A DNA stretch of 64,000 nt. It comes from an uncultured Microcoleus sp. (GTDB lineage Bacteria > Cyanobacteriota > Cyanobacteriia > Cyanobacteriales > Coleofasciculaceae). The DNA lies in NCBI GenBank assembly GCA_964588805.1, contig CAZPRJ010000002.1, forward strand, positions 71,586 through 135,585, read 5' to 3'. Positions within the stretch are counted from its first letter, which is position 1; each line of letters opens with the position of its first letter. The notes below the pieces were generated by a model, which saw only the letters and a program-made list of their open reading frames with translations, was not told the DNA's origin and made no database searches. Position numbers and translations under genes: made by a program. Positions 49,171 to 59,208 of the stretch are shown piece by piece.

Positions 49171-50244
49171 ATGACGGGTAAGCACAAACTAGATAAAATC
49201 TTTGTCGGCTTCATGCTGTTGCTGGGTGCCTGCGGTCAAGCTCAAGTATCAACGACAACTCGATCGCCAACGTCAGAAGCGGACAAGACAACGATTACTC
49301 AAGTCACCCCGCATGAATCATCTGAGGTAAACCTTGGGATTCAGCGAGTCACCCTAGCTTCTCTTGAGGCAAAATCTACCAAGAGTGCAAAGCAAGGAAC
49401 TGTGTTGTCAGAGGTAAATCCTCTGGAATTGAAGGGAACTATTACGATTGCAGGTAGCCCAGTCGTCTTTCCGATTAGTAACGCGATGGCGGAACGATTT
49501 AAGCAAGAAGGGTATCCAGACCCGATTAACGTTGCCAGCGTAGAGACGCCGACAGGTTTTGCCTTATTTTGCCAGCAGGGGAAAACGGATATTGTCAATT
49601 CAGTCCGTCCAATTACAGAGTCAGAAGCACAAGCTTGTGCTAAATCAGGACGTAAGCCGATTGCCTTTACCGTTGCTATGGATGCTGTGACGATTGTCGT
49701 CAGTATCCAAAATGAGTTTCTGCCTCAGAGTGTAACCAAGGAGCAGTTAAAGCAACTTATTACTGCTGAGCAATGGTCTGACGTTAATCCAGATTGGCCA
49801 GACCAACCCATACAACGAATGATTCGACCCTCATCGACTGAGATAGTCAAAATATTTGTGAATAATGTCTTGGATGGGAACGTGGATTTATTATTGGAAG
49901 CGCCAAACACAACGGTGTTTCAAGATCCAGACCAAGTTGTAGCAGAGGCATCAACGAATCCTGATCTACTTAGTTTTATGGAACATGCATACTACGCCAA
50001 CAATAAAAACACATTGAGGGCGCTTGCTCTTGATGCAGTTCCTCCCAATGGAGAGAAAAACTATCCGTTAACTCGTCCACTGTACATTTATGCGGATGCG
50101 AATGCTATTCAAAAACGTCCTGAATTGAAGGCATTTATCTCCTATTATTTAGCTCATGTGAACGAAGAAATTTTGAATCTCGGCTATTTCCCCGTCAGTC
50201 CAGCAACATCAGAGGAATCAAAGACTAAACTTAAAACACTTTGA
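49171..50244 (+). CDS. PstS-family phosphate-binding protein (orphan, no pstCAB adjacent)
   Basis: Lipoprotein/signal sequence, PBP fold of PstS/SphX type. Confidence 0.65.
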   Translation: MTGKHKLDKIFVGFMLLLGACGQAQVSTTTRSPTSEADKTTITQVTPHESSEVNLGIQRVTLASLEAKSTKSAKQGTVLSEVNPLELKGTITIAGSPVVFPISNAMAERFKQEGYPDPINVASVETPTGFALFCQQGKTDIVNSVRPITESEAQACAKSGRKPIAFTVAMDAVTIVVSIQNEFLPQSVTKEQLKQLITAEQWSDVNPDWPDQPIQRMIRPSSTEIVKIFVNNVLDGNVDLLLEAPNTTVFQDPDQVVAEASTNPDLLSFMEHAYYANNKNTLRALALDAVPPNGEKNYPLTRPLYIYADANAIQKRPELKAFISYYLAHVNEEILNLGYFPVSPATSEESKTKLKTL

Positions 50245-50601
50245 GTAGGCAAGAAATCTTGTTACTATCATTGTCAAAAAATTGATTAGTAATATGTTGG
50301 ATGTACGAGTAAAATGTGAGTTCTTTTATAACCATATAGAGGTTGAAGAGCAGCATGGTTTACATGGGTTGAACCGTGTGATTGTCCCTATTGTTGAAGT
50401 ACAACCTGAAGCTGCCCCGATTGTCAAAACCATCACAACGTATGTGGGAGCAATTCTAATGCTCGTCACCGTTGTCTTGATTGTGTTTTCGGGCGTCTTC
50501 ATCGACTTAGTTGGGCTAGGATACGGATAGAATTTTAAAATTTATCCCACGCCTTGCATGACGTGGGATGAAAATGTTATTGGCTATTTCGTTTCCCAAT
50601 A

Positions 50602-50910
50602 TTATAAATTCCGTTGATACTCTTCGAGCAAATCCATCAAGTTAGCCTGAGAGCTATTTGGGATTAAGTCGATAAGAGGAACAGTTCGTTTACCCCCCCC
50701 TAAAGTAACTGACATATCTTCTAGAATCTGTACAATTTTGCTTTCTTCTAGGGCGTTATCCTGAAGCATGGGGTAAACTTTTTCTGCGATTGCCCTGGCC
50801 AAGTGAGCATCTGATAGATAAAGATGCCACTTTGCAATATCCATATAGATATTTTGGCCAATTTCGGCGGCAAGACCTTCGATTGCTTCGGTAGTGCTTG
50901 GGTTAGCCAT
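50602..50910 (-). CDS. Conserved cyanobacterial hypothetical protein (102 aa)
   Basis: Compact helical protein; no catalytic motif. Confidence 0.45.
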   Translation of the reverse strand: MANPSTTEAIEGLAAEIGQNIYMDIAKWHLYLSDAHLARAIAEKVYPMLQDNALEESKIVQILEDMSVTLGGGKRTVPLIDLIPNSSQANLMDLLEEYQRNL

Positions 50911-50986
50911 AGATTAGAAATGATCGAATTCTACTCAAGTAGATGCCTGTTTTTTCAATACTACTGCGGTCTTTGATGCAGTTAGT

Positions 50987-51292
50987 TTAACCTGAGGAAG
51001 ATTTTGGGGATGTATCTTTGGCAGACAGGGGAGAATAATCGGCGATCGCAAAAATGTAAATCGCGTGTCCGACTAAAATTGTCGCCCATACTCCAGTAAC
51101 GAAGTATGCCCAACGCCAATCAGCGTGCTGGAGGGTGCGAAAAAACCAAATGCCCGAGTTACAAGCTGCAAACACGGCGACGTGTACGGCAAAATTCATT
51201 CGGTCATCCAAGCGGCGATAAGCTGGATCGCTGCGATCAGGTTTGCGGGGCCAACGAGGAGGCATGGGTAATGGTTCTTGGTCATAGGTCAT
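50987..51292 (-). CDS. 2TM-domain membrane protein
   Basis: Two hydrophobic helices; start codon embedded in a GGTCATT heptamer array (51280-51315). Confidence 0.5.
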   Translation of the reverse strand: MTYDQEPLPMPPRWPRKPDRSDPAYRRLDDRMNFAVHVAVFAACNSGIWFFRTLQHADWRWAYFVTGVWATILVGHAIYIFAIADYSPLSAKDTSPKSSSG

Positions 51293-51418
51293 TAGTCATT
51301 GGTCATGGGTTATTCGTTCTTAACCCAAAAACCAACAACTCTTTCATTCTAAGGTGCGAGGGGGCATTCCAGGATTTATGCAAGAGGTCTATTAGACCTC
51401 AGCCAACCCCTGGCCGTT

Positions 51419-51913
51419 CTAACCCCCATAATCCCCCGACTTTCCCCCTGTCTTGCTCAACAGGCGAATGGCTTCAATTTGGATGGACTTTTCTAGGGCT
51501 TTGGCCATGTCATAAAGCGTGAGGGCCGCGACAGAAACGGCTGTCAGTGCTTCCATTTCCACGCCAGTTTCCGCTTTGGTTGTAACCGATGCCTGAATTT
51601 GATATCCCGGTAATTGGGGGTCGGGTTCAATGTGTACCTCTACCTTGTGCAGGGGTAGGGGATGGCACAGAGGAATTAACTGGGAGGTTTGCTTTGCCCC
51701 CATAATCCCGGCTAGCCTGGCCGTACCCAACACATCTCCCTTGGGAGCATTACCAGCTTCGATCGCCTTAAAGGTGGCAGCAGACATTCGCACTTGTGCC
51801 GCAGCTACAGCTTGGCGCTTAGTTGAGGTTTTGTCCGAGACATCCACCATCTGGGCTTGCCCCCGAACATCGAGATGAGTTAGCGGTTGATTTTTGGGAG
51901 ATTGTTGCTGCAT
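51419..51913 (-). CDS. moaC: Cyclic pyranopterin monophosphate synthase accessory protein MoaC
   Basis: MoaC family sequence over the full length. Confidence 0.9.
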   Translation of the reverse strand: MQQQSPKNQPLTHLDVRGQAQMVDVSDKTSTKRQAVAAAQVRMSAATFKAIEAGNAPKGDVLGTARLAGIMGAKQTSQLIPLCHPLPLHKVEVHIEPDPQLPGYQIQASVTTKAETGVEMEALTAVSVAALTLYDMAKALEKSIQIEAIRLLSKTGGKSGDYGG

Positions 51914-51972
51914 TCGTTTGGATGTGGTACTATGATTAATCGGTGGCTAAACAAATGAAGTCACTACGATAA

Positions 51973-52046
51973 GGGCTTGTAGCTCAGTGGACTAGAGCAC
52001 GTGGCTACGGACCACGGTGTCGGGGGTTCGAATCCCTCCTAGCCCG
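51973..52046 (+). tRNA. tRNA-Arg (anticodon ACG)
   Basis: Cloverleaf: acceptor GGGCTTG, D-arm GCTC/GAGC, anticodon stem CGTGG/CCACG with loop CTACGGA, T-arm GGGGG-TTCGAAT-CCCTC; very close to plastid trnR-ACG. Confidence 0.85.
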
Positions 52047-52055
52047 TCGAAAGAG

Positions 52056-52086
52056 GCAGAAGAACCAGATTCTTCTGCTTTTTTAT
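52056..52086 (+). terminator. Rho-independent terminator after tRNA-Arg
   Basis: GCAGAAGAA-CCAGA-TTCTTCTGC followed by TTTTTTAT. Confidence 0.8.
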
Positions 52087-52264
52087 TATGTTGTATGTTG
52101 CTGATGGACTTGGGTTAAGAAAAGATAATGCGATCGCAGCCATTCGACTTAAACCCACTTTACCGACTATTGCCGTCATCACTTCTGAAATCATTTCTTC
52201 GGCATGACGAGCCATAACGGTTGCACCTAAAATTTCATCAGACCCTTTGTGATTAAGAAAACCC

Positions 52265-52546
52265 ATGCCCAGCGTTGAAAATTTCACCCAAGTGACCTTT
52301 CACTACATCAACGGTGAAACCGAATCCTTTGATCTGCCTGTATCCCCAGAAACCTTTCAGCAGCAACTGCAAAGCTTACTCAAGCAACCTTGGCTCACTC
52401 TACACTTATTCGATAGTACGGTTTTAATTTGTACCGAACGGGTGATGAAAGTAGAAGTGAAACCTCCTTTGACAGAACTGCAAGGAGAAGGTGTGTTTGC
52501 CGATGCCCAGCGCGTGACACCTCTAACCCATGGCGCTAGGGTCTAA
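52265..52546 (+). CDS. Small conserved hypothetical protein
   Basis: 93 aa ORF immediately 5' of the DUF362 gene. Confidence 0.45.
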   Translation: MPSVENFTQVTFHYINGETESFDLPVSPETFQQQLQSLLKQPWLTLHLFDSTVLICTERVMKVEVKPPLTELQGEGVFADAQRVTPLTHGARV

Positions 52547-52575
52547 AAGCTCACAAGATTATTACCGTTAAAATC

Positions 52576-53523
52576 ATGCCAACTGTTAGTTTGATACGTG
52601 CTGAGTCCTACGACCGAAAACAACTGCGTACTGATCTAGAAACGTTGCTAGAACCCTTGGGAGGCATAGGCGCAGTAGTCAAACCGGGCAATCGTGTCCT
52701 CCTCAAGCCTAATCTTCTTACTGGCGGACGGGTGGGGAGAGAATGCATTACTCGCCCTGAAATCGTTTACGGTGTTGCTCAATTGGTACGGGAAGCGGGA
52801 GGTAAGCCTTTTCTTGGTGATAGTCCTGCTTTTGGAAGCGCTAGGGGTGTGGCCAAAGCCAATGGTTATCTACCTTTGTTAGAAGAACTGGACATCCCCA
52901 TCGTAGAATTTCACGGGGTTAGTTACGAAACTGAGAACACCGACTTTAATCGTCTGCGGCTATGCAAGGAAGCAATGGACGCTGATGTGGTCATTAATCT
53001 CCCTAAGGTTAAATCTCATACGCAATTAACCCTTACCTTGGGTGTGAAAAACTTATTTGGTTGTGTTCCTGGCAAAATGAAAGCTTGGTGGCACATGGAG
53101 GCCGGTAAAGACGAAAAACGCTTCGGGGAAATGTTGGTGGAAACTGCACGGGCGATCGCTCCCGATTTGACAATTTTGGATGGTATCATCGGTCACGAAG
53201 GTAACGGCCCAAGTGGGGGCGAACCGCGATCGCTCAATCTGTTAGCCGCCTCTTGTGATGTGTTTGCCCTCGATCGCGCAATGGTGGATGTCCTCAATGT
53301 TGACCCCTCTCTCGTCCCTACTGTCGCTGCTAGTCAGCGCCTCGGACTCGTGGGAGACATTGCAGACATTGATTTTGTCCACCTGCACCCAAAAGACTTG
53401 CAAGTAATGGATTGGAAGCTTCCTGATGCCTTAATGCCGATTGATTTTGGGATGCCTCGTGTGATTCGATCGACGTTTAAGCATCTGTACATTCGGTTTA
53501 TCAAAGAGCCGATGAAGGTTTAG
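52576..53523 (+). CDS. DUF362 domain protein
   Basis: N-terminal LIRAESYD...VLLKPNLL pattern typical of DUF362. Confidence 0.65.
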   Translation: MPTVSLIRAESYDRKQLRTDLETLLEPLGGIGAVVKPGNRVLLKPNLLTGGRVGRECITRPEIVYGVAQLVREAGGKPFLGDSPAFGSARGVAKANGYLPLLEELDIPIVEFHGVSYETENTDFNRLRLCKEAMDADVVINLPKVKSHTQLTLTLGVKNLFGCVPGKMKAWWHMEAGKDEKRFGEMLVETARAIAPDLTILDGIIGHEGNGPSGGEPRSLNLLAASCDVFALDRAMVDVLNVDPSLVPTVAASQRLGLVGDIADIDFVHLHPKDLQVMDWKLPDALMPIDFGMPRVIRSTFKHLYIRFIKEPMKV

Positions 53524-53952
53524 GTCGGTAGGTCAGTGTCAGGAAATTATATTTTGTAAATATTGCTACAACGCTCTACAAAACTAGCAAAGTAATCTTG
53601 TACTACCCTCCGATTGCTTAATCAAACCGCCCTATTTCAGAGGCGGTTTTTATGTTCACAGGAAAAAACCGTAGGTGTACAGGAACTTTTTGTTTGTTGT
53701 CAAGTCAAATTAATATCTTGCTAAACCGTTGCTAGAACAACATTTGTCTGAGGCAATGTCTGTGAACAAGATAGCTGTTTGGCTGTGCAACAAGAAGCTC
53801 ACTCCAAAATACCGAGAGTATGTCGATAAAGCCAAGGAAACTAAGAGGGTTTACCATCTTAAGTCCCCTCATGATGTGGAAGAGTTCTACCGAATTATTG
53901 AAGTACAATATCAGCGGTCGCCCTAGTCAATTTCTCGATTTTAAATAGCTGA

Positions 53953-54372
53953 TTAACCCACCCTCAATCGCACATATTCAACCTTGATACAACTATCCAT
54001 CACTACATTTAACCCTGCATCCAACGCTTTTTGGGCAGAGGGTTTGTGATAGACTCCTAGCTGCGCCCAAATTGTTTTAGCCTGAATCGCGATCGCCTCA
54101 TTAACAACCTCAGGCAGATACTCGGAACGGCGAAAGACATTCACAATATCTACAGGCTCCGGAATATCCTTGAGAGAAGGATAACTCGGCTGACTATCAA
54201 TTTCGCGCACGGTTGGATTGACAGGATAGACTTTGTAACCTACTTTTCGCAAAAATTGTGCAATGCGATAGCTGGTGCGATCGGGTTTATCCGAATGTCC
54301 AACAACAGCAATAACTTTGGCGTTGGTGAGTACTTCATGCATGGCCTTGTCGTTTTTGTTGAGATTCGGCAT
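53953..54372 (-). CDS. CoA-binding domain protein (YccU-like)
   Basis: KVIAVVGHSDKPDRTSYRIAQFL Rossmann CoA-binding motif. Confidence 0.75.
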   Translation of the reverse strand: MPNLNKNDKAMHEVLTNAKVIAVVGHSDKPDRTSYRIAQFLRKVGYKVYPVNPTVREIDSQPSYPSLKDIPEPVDIVNVFRRSEYLPEVVNEAIAIQAKTIWAQLGVYHKPSAQKALDAGLNVVMDSCIKVEYVRLRVG

Positions 54373-54394
54373 TGTCTAATCTTTTTTCGATGGA

Positions 54395-54889
54395 ATGATG
54401 AGAGTACAGGATTATTGGGTCGGTAGTTTACATTTTAGTGAAGCATTTGGTGATGATGCTGTACAGCGATTAAACGCTTTAGAACCGATAAATACCTTTG
54501 ACAATCAGCTCTACAAAATCCATGCTGAACACCCCATTATCACTGAGGTTTCAATTGATTATCAAACAAAGTATCGTTTGATACTTGACCGTATGAGTTA
54601 TTTATATCCTCAAGCGATGAGCTTATTTATGGGGTACTCCTTTCAGGGTGTTTATTTAATTAATAACCCTTTTAGCTTCTATTATTACTTAAATAATAAA
54701 GGTGCTACCTACATGATGATGCAAGCATTAGGGATAAAAATCCCTAAGACTTATATCCTACCTCTCAAAGAAGCATCAGGATTAACAAGCAACGATTTCA
54801 AATATCATCGTTATATCCATTGGGAAGCTATTACTGACCTTTTGTATAAAATTAAGAGGCTTCTACATAGAAGCCTCTATCAAGGTTAA
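54395..54889 (+). CDS. Hypothetical protein, AT-rich gene (possible truncated ATP-grasp-like remnant)
   Basis: 164 aa; markedly lower GC than flanks; NKGATYMMMQALGIKIPKTYIL faintly resembles an ATP-grasp N-domain. Confidence 0.35.
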   Translation: MMRVQDYWVGSLHFSEAFGDDAVQRLNALEPINTFDNQLYKIHAEHPIITEVSIDYQTKYRLILDRMSYLYPQAMSLFMGYSFQGVYLINNPFSFYYYLNNKGATYMMMQALGIKIPKTYILPLKEASGLTSNDFKYHRYIHWEAITDLLYKIKRLLHRSLYQG

Positions 54890-54962
54890 CGCTTTCTTAT
54901 CTTACAAAATTTTCAAATGTGTTTGAGAAAGCGGCTTAATGTTGCAGTTAGAATCCTTTGGA

Positions 54963-55826
54963 TTATTTGCGTTCTTCGTGTTCACGCTTAACTACAGGTT
55001 GACCTTCAACATTAACCTCTAACTCTTGACGGCGAAGTTTTTCTTTTGCCTTCACGCTGTCACGCTCAACTTCTTTGCGGACACCCACTTCTTCACGCAG
55101 ATACGCTTTCTTCTCGATATCAGCCGACTCTTCGTACACTTCCATCCGTGCAACTTCACCTTCGTTAAAGTCAACCGAACCGGGTTCCACTTCTCGTTCT
55201 TCAGAAATGCTGTTGCGCTCAATAATCACACGCTCTTTTTCAATCGGCACTTCAACTTCTTTGGTTTCAGTTTCTACGCGCTTACCTAGTGCCACCTCAC
55301 CTGTCTTAAAGCGCTCTTTGTGAGTAATTAAGCGCTCTTCATACAGTTTGAGCGTTTTTTGCTCCTCTTCATCTAAACCATAAAGAGCAGGTTCATAGTC
55401 GTAGTTGTAGGTTTCGTGTGTGTAGGCAGAGGGATTAAAATCAGCCGTTGCTCGACCGATTTGAGCTGCCATAGGACGATAGATATTTCTGACCTGTTCT
55501 TCGTAGTTGTAGTCAATGGTCATGTTTTCTTGGTAGTCCGGCAAGCTTTCAACTTGCTGTTTGGTCATCCCTTGAACATAAACACGACGCTGGTTGTAAT
55601 CCATCCGCATCAGTCCAGTAGGCAGCAAAATCTTCTTGCCAAATACCCAGAATCCCATATCAATTACGAGATATCGGATACGTCCTGCATCATCGACGAG
55701 TAAATCGTAAACAGACCCAATCTTTTGGTCTTGTTCACCATAGACTTCAAAACCGATGATATCTACGCCACCGAAAATTTCTTGTTTATAATTAGGTGCA
55801 AAATCGACGATTCTTGTAATAGGCAT
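54963..55826 (-). CDS. PRC-barrel + DUF2382 (YsnF/AvaK-like) stress protein
   Basis: N-terminal PRC barrel (VYGEQDQKIGSVYDLLVDDAGRIRYLVI) and C-terminal DUF2382 repeats (ERLITHKERFKTGEVALGKRVETE). Confidence 0.75.
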   Translation of the reverse strand: MPITRIVDFAPNYKQEIFGGVDIIGFEVYGEQDQKIGSVYDLLVDDAGRIRYLVIDMGFWVFGKKILLPTGLMRMDYNQRRVYVQGMTKQQVESLPDYQENMTIDYNYEEQVRNIYRPMAAQIGRATADFNPSAYTHETYNYDYEPALYGLDEEEQKTLKLYEERLITHKERFKTGEVALGKRVETETKEVEVPIEKERVIIERNSISEEREVEPGSVDFNEGEVARMEVYEESADIEKKAYLREEVGVRKEVERDSVKAKEKLRRQELEVNVEGQPVVKREHEERK

Positions 55827-56386
55827 ACAGTTTCCTCCTTTTTTGAATTTGTTTTTTCTTAACTCGTAATCACTCTATTAAAAATTTATTTTTTCTTACT
55901 CTTCCTATTGACAGAGAAGTGTTTTTTTAAAATATTAGTTAATAATTATCGAAATTATGGCTTAACCTCCCAAAAAAGGATTCCTTTTGTTGAGCTAGGT
56001 TAATTACTGCTTTGCTGTTGACGATACTAGAATCAATTATTCTAAATTATCTAAGCTATAGCTGATTGGTGTTTACAATACAATACCAATATCACCAATA
56101 TCCGTGCTACTACCACGCGCTACTACCACACTCATTAACTGAATTTATTTATATAGAGTTGCCCAATTTAACTTGAAATCTAGTTCTCGATTAATGAGGT
56201 TGAAAAAATAACTGTTAATATAATATGATTTTTAGATTCAAGTTACACCCATATTAAAAATTAAGGAATTCATTTTTATCCTCCTATGGACAGAGATGAA
56301 ATTATAAAAATATGGCTGAGTTAATATAAAATGTATCAAAAATAACAGTATGAATTTTTAAAGCAAACTGCCACATATCACAAGAA

Positions 56387-57559
56387 ATGACAAGCCTAAC
56401 GACTCGGATGCAGGCGGTACAGTCGCCACTGATTCCCATTATTGGAGAACTGATTCGCAACAACCCTAGAGCCATCTCTTTAGGGCAAGGTATTGTTTAT
56501 TACGAGCCTCCTCCAGAAGCGATCGCACAGTTGCCCAAATTTCTTGCTCATCCCAGCAATCATCAATACAAATCCGTTCAAGGAATTGCACCCTTGTTAT
56601 CTGCCATCGAAGCTAAATTAAAGACTGATAACGCCATTGAAATTAGCGAACACAACTGTATTGTTGTTACCGCCGGTAGCAATATGGGGTTTATGAATAC
56701 GATACTTGCCATTACTTCCCCAGGCGATGAAATTATTATTCAGACACCGTATTATTTCAATCATGAAATGGCCATTGTTATGGCAAGTTGCCAGCCTGTG
56801 CTAGTTGCAACCGATGAGAATTATCAGTTACGCCCTGATGCTATCGCTCAAGCCATTACCCACAAAACTCGAGCGGTTGTTACGATTTCTCCTAATAATC
56901 CCACAGGAGCAGTGTATTCAGAAGCCGCATTACGGGAAGTGAATCAAATTTGTCGCGATCGCGGCATTTATCACATTAGTGATGAAGCTTACGAATACTT
57001 TACCTACAACAACATCAAACACATTTCACCCGCAGCATTTCCCAATAGTAACGAACATACCATTTCACTCTATTCCCTCTCCAAAGCCTATGGTTTTGCA
57101 AGCTGGCGTATTGGGTATATGGTAATTCCAGAATCTTTGCTGGCTCCGATTAAAAAAATTCAGGATACAATTTTGATTTGTCCCCCAGTGATATCCCAAT
57201 ATGCGGCTTTAGGAGCATTACAAGTTGGACAAAGCTATTGCCAACCTCATATCAATGCGATCGCATCAGTGCGTCAGTTAGCACTAGACACCTTAAAGCG
57301 CATAGAAGGGTTATGCACCGTTGCACCTGCCGATGGAGCTTTTTATTTTTGGTTGAAAGTTGATACTCCTTTAGATTCGTTTGAATTAGTTAAACGGCTG
57401 ATTGAAGAACATCAAGTTGCCGTGATGCCAGGTACAACGTTTGGGATGAATGACGGATGTTATCTACGGGTGGCTTACGGTGCATTGCAACAAGAAACCG
57501 TTGCAGTAGGAATTGAGCGATTGGTAACAGGAATTGAGGCAATTGCTAGGAATTCATAG
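56387..57559 (+). CDS. PLP-dependent aminotransferase, class I
   Basis: Aminotransferase fold with SLSKAYGFASWRIGY PLP-lysine region. Confidence 0.85.
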   Translation: MTSLTTRMQAVQSPLIPIIGELIRNNPRAISLGQGIVYYEPPPEAIAQLPKFLAHPSNHQYKSVQGIAPLLSAIEAKLKTDNAIEISEHNCIVVTAGSNMGFMNTILAITSPGDEIIIQTPYYFNHEMAIVMASCQPVLVATDENYQLRPDAIAQAITHKTRAVVTISPNNPTGAVYSEAALREVNQICRDRGIYHISDEAYEYFTYNNIKHISPAAFPNSNEHTISLYSLSKAYGFASWRIGYMVIPESLLAPIKKIQDTILICPPVISQYAALGALQVGQSYCQPHINAIASVRQLALDTLKRIEGLCTVAPADGAFYFWLKVDTPLDSFELVKRLIEEHQVAVMPGTTFGMNDGCYLRVAYGALQQETVAVGIERLVTGIEAIARNS

Positions 57560-57721
57560 GTTGATTCATTATTAAGGGGAAGAAGATAAGTTCCGCCCTT
57601 ATCAAGGGTGCTGTAGGGGTGGGTTTAGAGAATCCATTAGCATCAAATTAATAAACTTTCAACAAAATCTGCCCTTTTCCAGAGAGTTATTGTGTTTCTT
57701 TAAGTTTTACTTTTCTCCTGT

Positions 57722-59044
57722 TTAAAAATAACCATATTGAGCCATATAATTCACCAGTTGAATCAGGCAACGACGGAGATTTTCTTCCCGATAACCCCGA
57801 CGATCAATGGCCGTCACAATGTACGTTTCACCCGCTAATTTAAAGGCTAGAGTTGTTCCCTGAACGGTGGAACTTTCCCCTGTTTTTTCACCCAACCATC
57901 GAGCGGGTAATGTTTCCAAGGCTGAAAAACCTAAATAGTGATTATGCTGCTGACTGAGGGCTTCAATTAATACTTCATCACCTGGATGTTGGTGATTGTA
58001 AGCTTCCATGAGCATTCGTGATAAATCATTGCTGGTGATTACTGTACCCCCCTTAGCCAGGTTAGCTGGAACTACCCGTTCTCCGATGAATTTTGAGCCA
58101 ATTCGAGTTAGGCGATAACCCCGTTTTTTCAATACGTTGTTAATATAATCCCAGCCCAGATAATCAATTAATTGATTGCCAGCAATATTACTACTATGAG
58201 TAATCATTTCCATCAGTAGTGTTTTCAAGGGATAACGCCGTCCAACTTGAATTTTGGCGTTGCCATCCTCGGTATAGTTTTTAGGACTGACGTAAATGGG
58301 TGTATTGAGATTAATTTTTTCAGTTTTGATTTTATGTAATAACGCGATAGCAATCGGAATTTTGCTTAAGCTAGCGGGACGGGGAATGAGTTGATTGCCT
58401 CGCCAGTGCCGACAGTCTTGAGGAAGCTTGCAGATCGAAATTGTCGCTTGATCTGAAAGGTCACTTTGCTGCACAATTAATTTTAAAAGATTAGTCTGAG
58501 CCGCATTGAGTTTTTGAGTTGCGATCGCTAAGCGTTGCTCATAAAGCTTAATTTTTGGTGTAGCTTTGGCTTTCAATGAGGAGTTATCAGGAATTTGTTG
58601 AAGTGCATTGAGCGCTTGTTTCCACAGTGATTGCGCTTGCTGGCAAGTGTCGATAGAGGGGCGAGGAGCGCGTTCTATTTCGATAGCTAAAGAGGCTAAA
58701 TTTAGGGCTTTTTTCCACTGGGTTTCTGGGCTTTCCTTGTCTGGAATTGCAGTTGTAATGGCTTGAGGTTGGGGTATCAATGTTGTTGATTCAGAGGTAT
58801 TCACTCTCCTTGCTGAATCCACAGGTTTGGACAGTCTGTTTACTTCCTTGCGGTAATGGGGCGAGGAATTGAGTTGAATTAAGGAGGGAGAGACAGAAGC
58901 TTGAGTGAGTTTTTTAGGGGAAGGTTCAGGAGTTGAAGTAGTCGAGTGTGAACCGCGTACGATGCTTTGAATAGATCGAATACCCAAAACAATTGCCAAA
59001 ATAATCAAAAAAGTGCTGATGAAATATCGCCGATTTTTAACCAA
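57722..59044 (-). CDS. Class-A beta-lactamase-related serine hydrolase with N-terminal TM anchor and Ser/Pro-rich linker
   Basis: SxxK (SLSK), SxN (SSN) and KTG motifs in the C-terminal 260 aa. Confidence 0.7.
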   Translation of the reverse strand: MVKNRRYFISTFLIILAIVLGIRSIQSIVRGSHSTTSTPEPSPKKLTQASVSPSLIQLNSSPHYRKEVNRLSKPVDSARRVNTSESTTLIPQPQAITTAIPDKESPETQWKKALNLASLAIEIERAPRPSIDTCQQAQSLWKQALNALQQIPDNSSLKAKATPKIKLYEQRLAIATQKLNAAQTNLLKLIVQQSDLSDQATISICKLPQDCRHWRGNQLIPRPASLSKIPIAIALLHKIKTEKINLNTPIYVSPKNYTEDGNAKIQVGRRYPLKTLLMEMITHSSNIAGNQLIDYLGWDYINNVLKKRGYRLTRIGSKFIGERVVPANLAKGGTVITSNDLSRMLMEAYNHQHPGDEVLIEALSQQHNHYLGFSALETLPARWLGEKTGESSTVQGTTLAFKLAGETYIVTAIDRRGYREENLRRCLIQLVNYMAQYGYF

Positions 59045-59208
59045 GATACGATTGCCCCTGCCCAGCGTGCGTTCTAAACTATTCCAGATCTAGTTTGCAC
59101 GATCATTAACTTAAGAAGATTAAGAACAATAGTACTGACTTATCCCTCTTCCATCACTTCTGCTGTCTTCCTCCTGCCTGATGCCTAGAAAGCAAAAGCC
59201 TAAAACCG

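Noticed and set aside
49171-50244. Orphan PstS-like gene as part of a phosphate ABC transporter operon
   Set aside because: No pstC/pstA/pstB adjacent; annotated only as a stand-alone PstS/SphX-family binding protein.
51973-52090. tRNA-Arg as integration site of a genomic island or prophage
   Set aside because: No integrase, direct repeat of the tRNA 3' end, or phage-like genes on either side; flanks are moaC and conserved small genes.
52039-52287. 82-aa minus-strand ORF overlapping the tRNA and its terminator
   Set aside because: Overlaps a well-formed tRNA gene and terminator; no homology; almost certainly spurious.
54395-54889. AT-rich 164-aa ORF as a functional ATP-grasp enzyme
   Set aside because: Far too short for an ATP-grasp fold and the similarity is weak; kept only as hypothetical, possibly a remnant.
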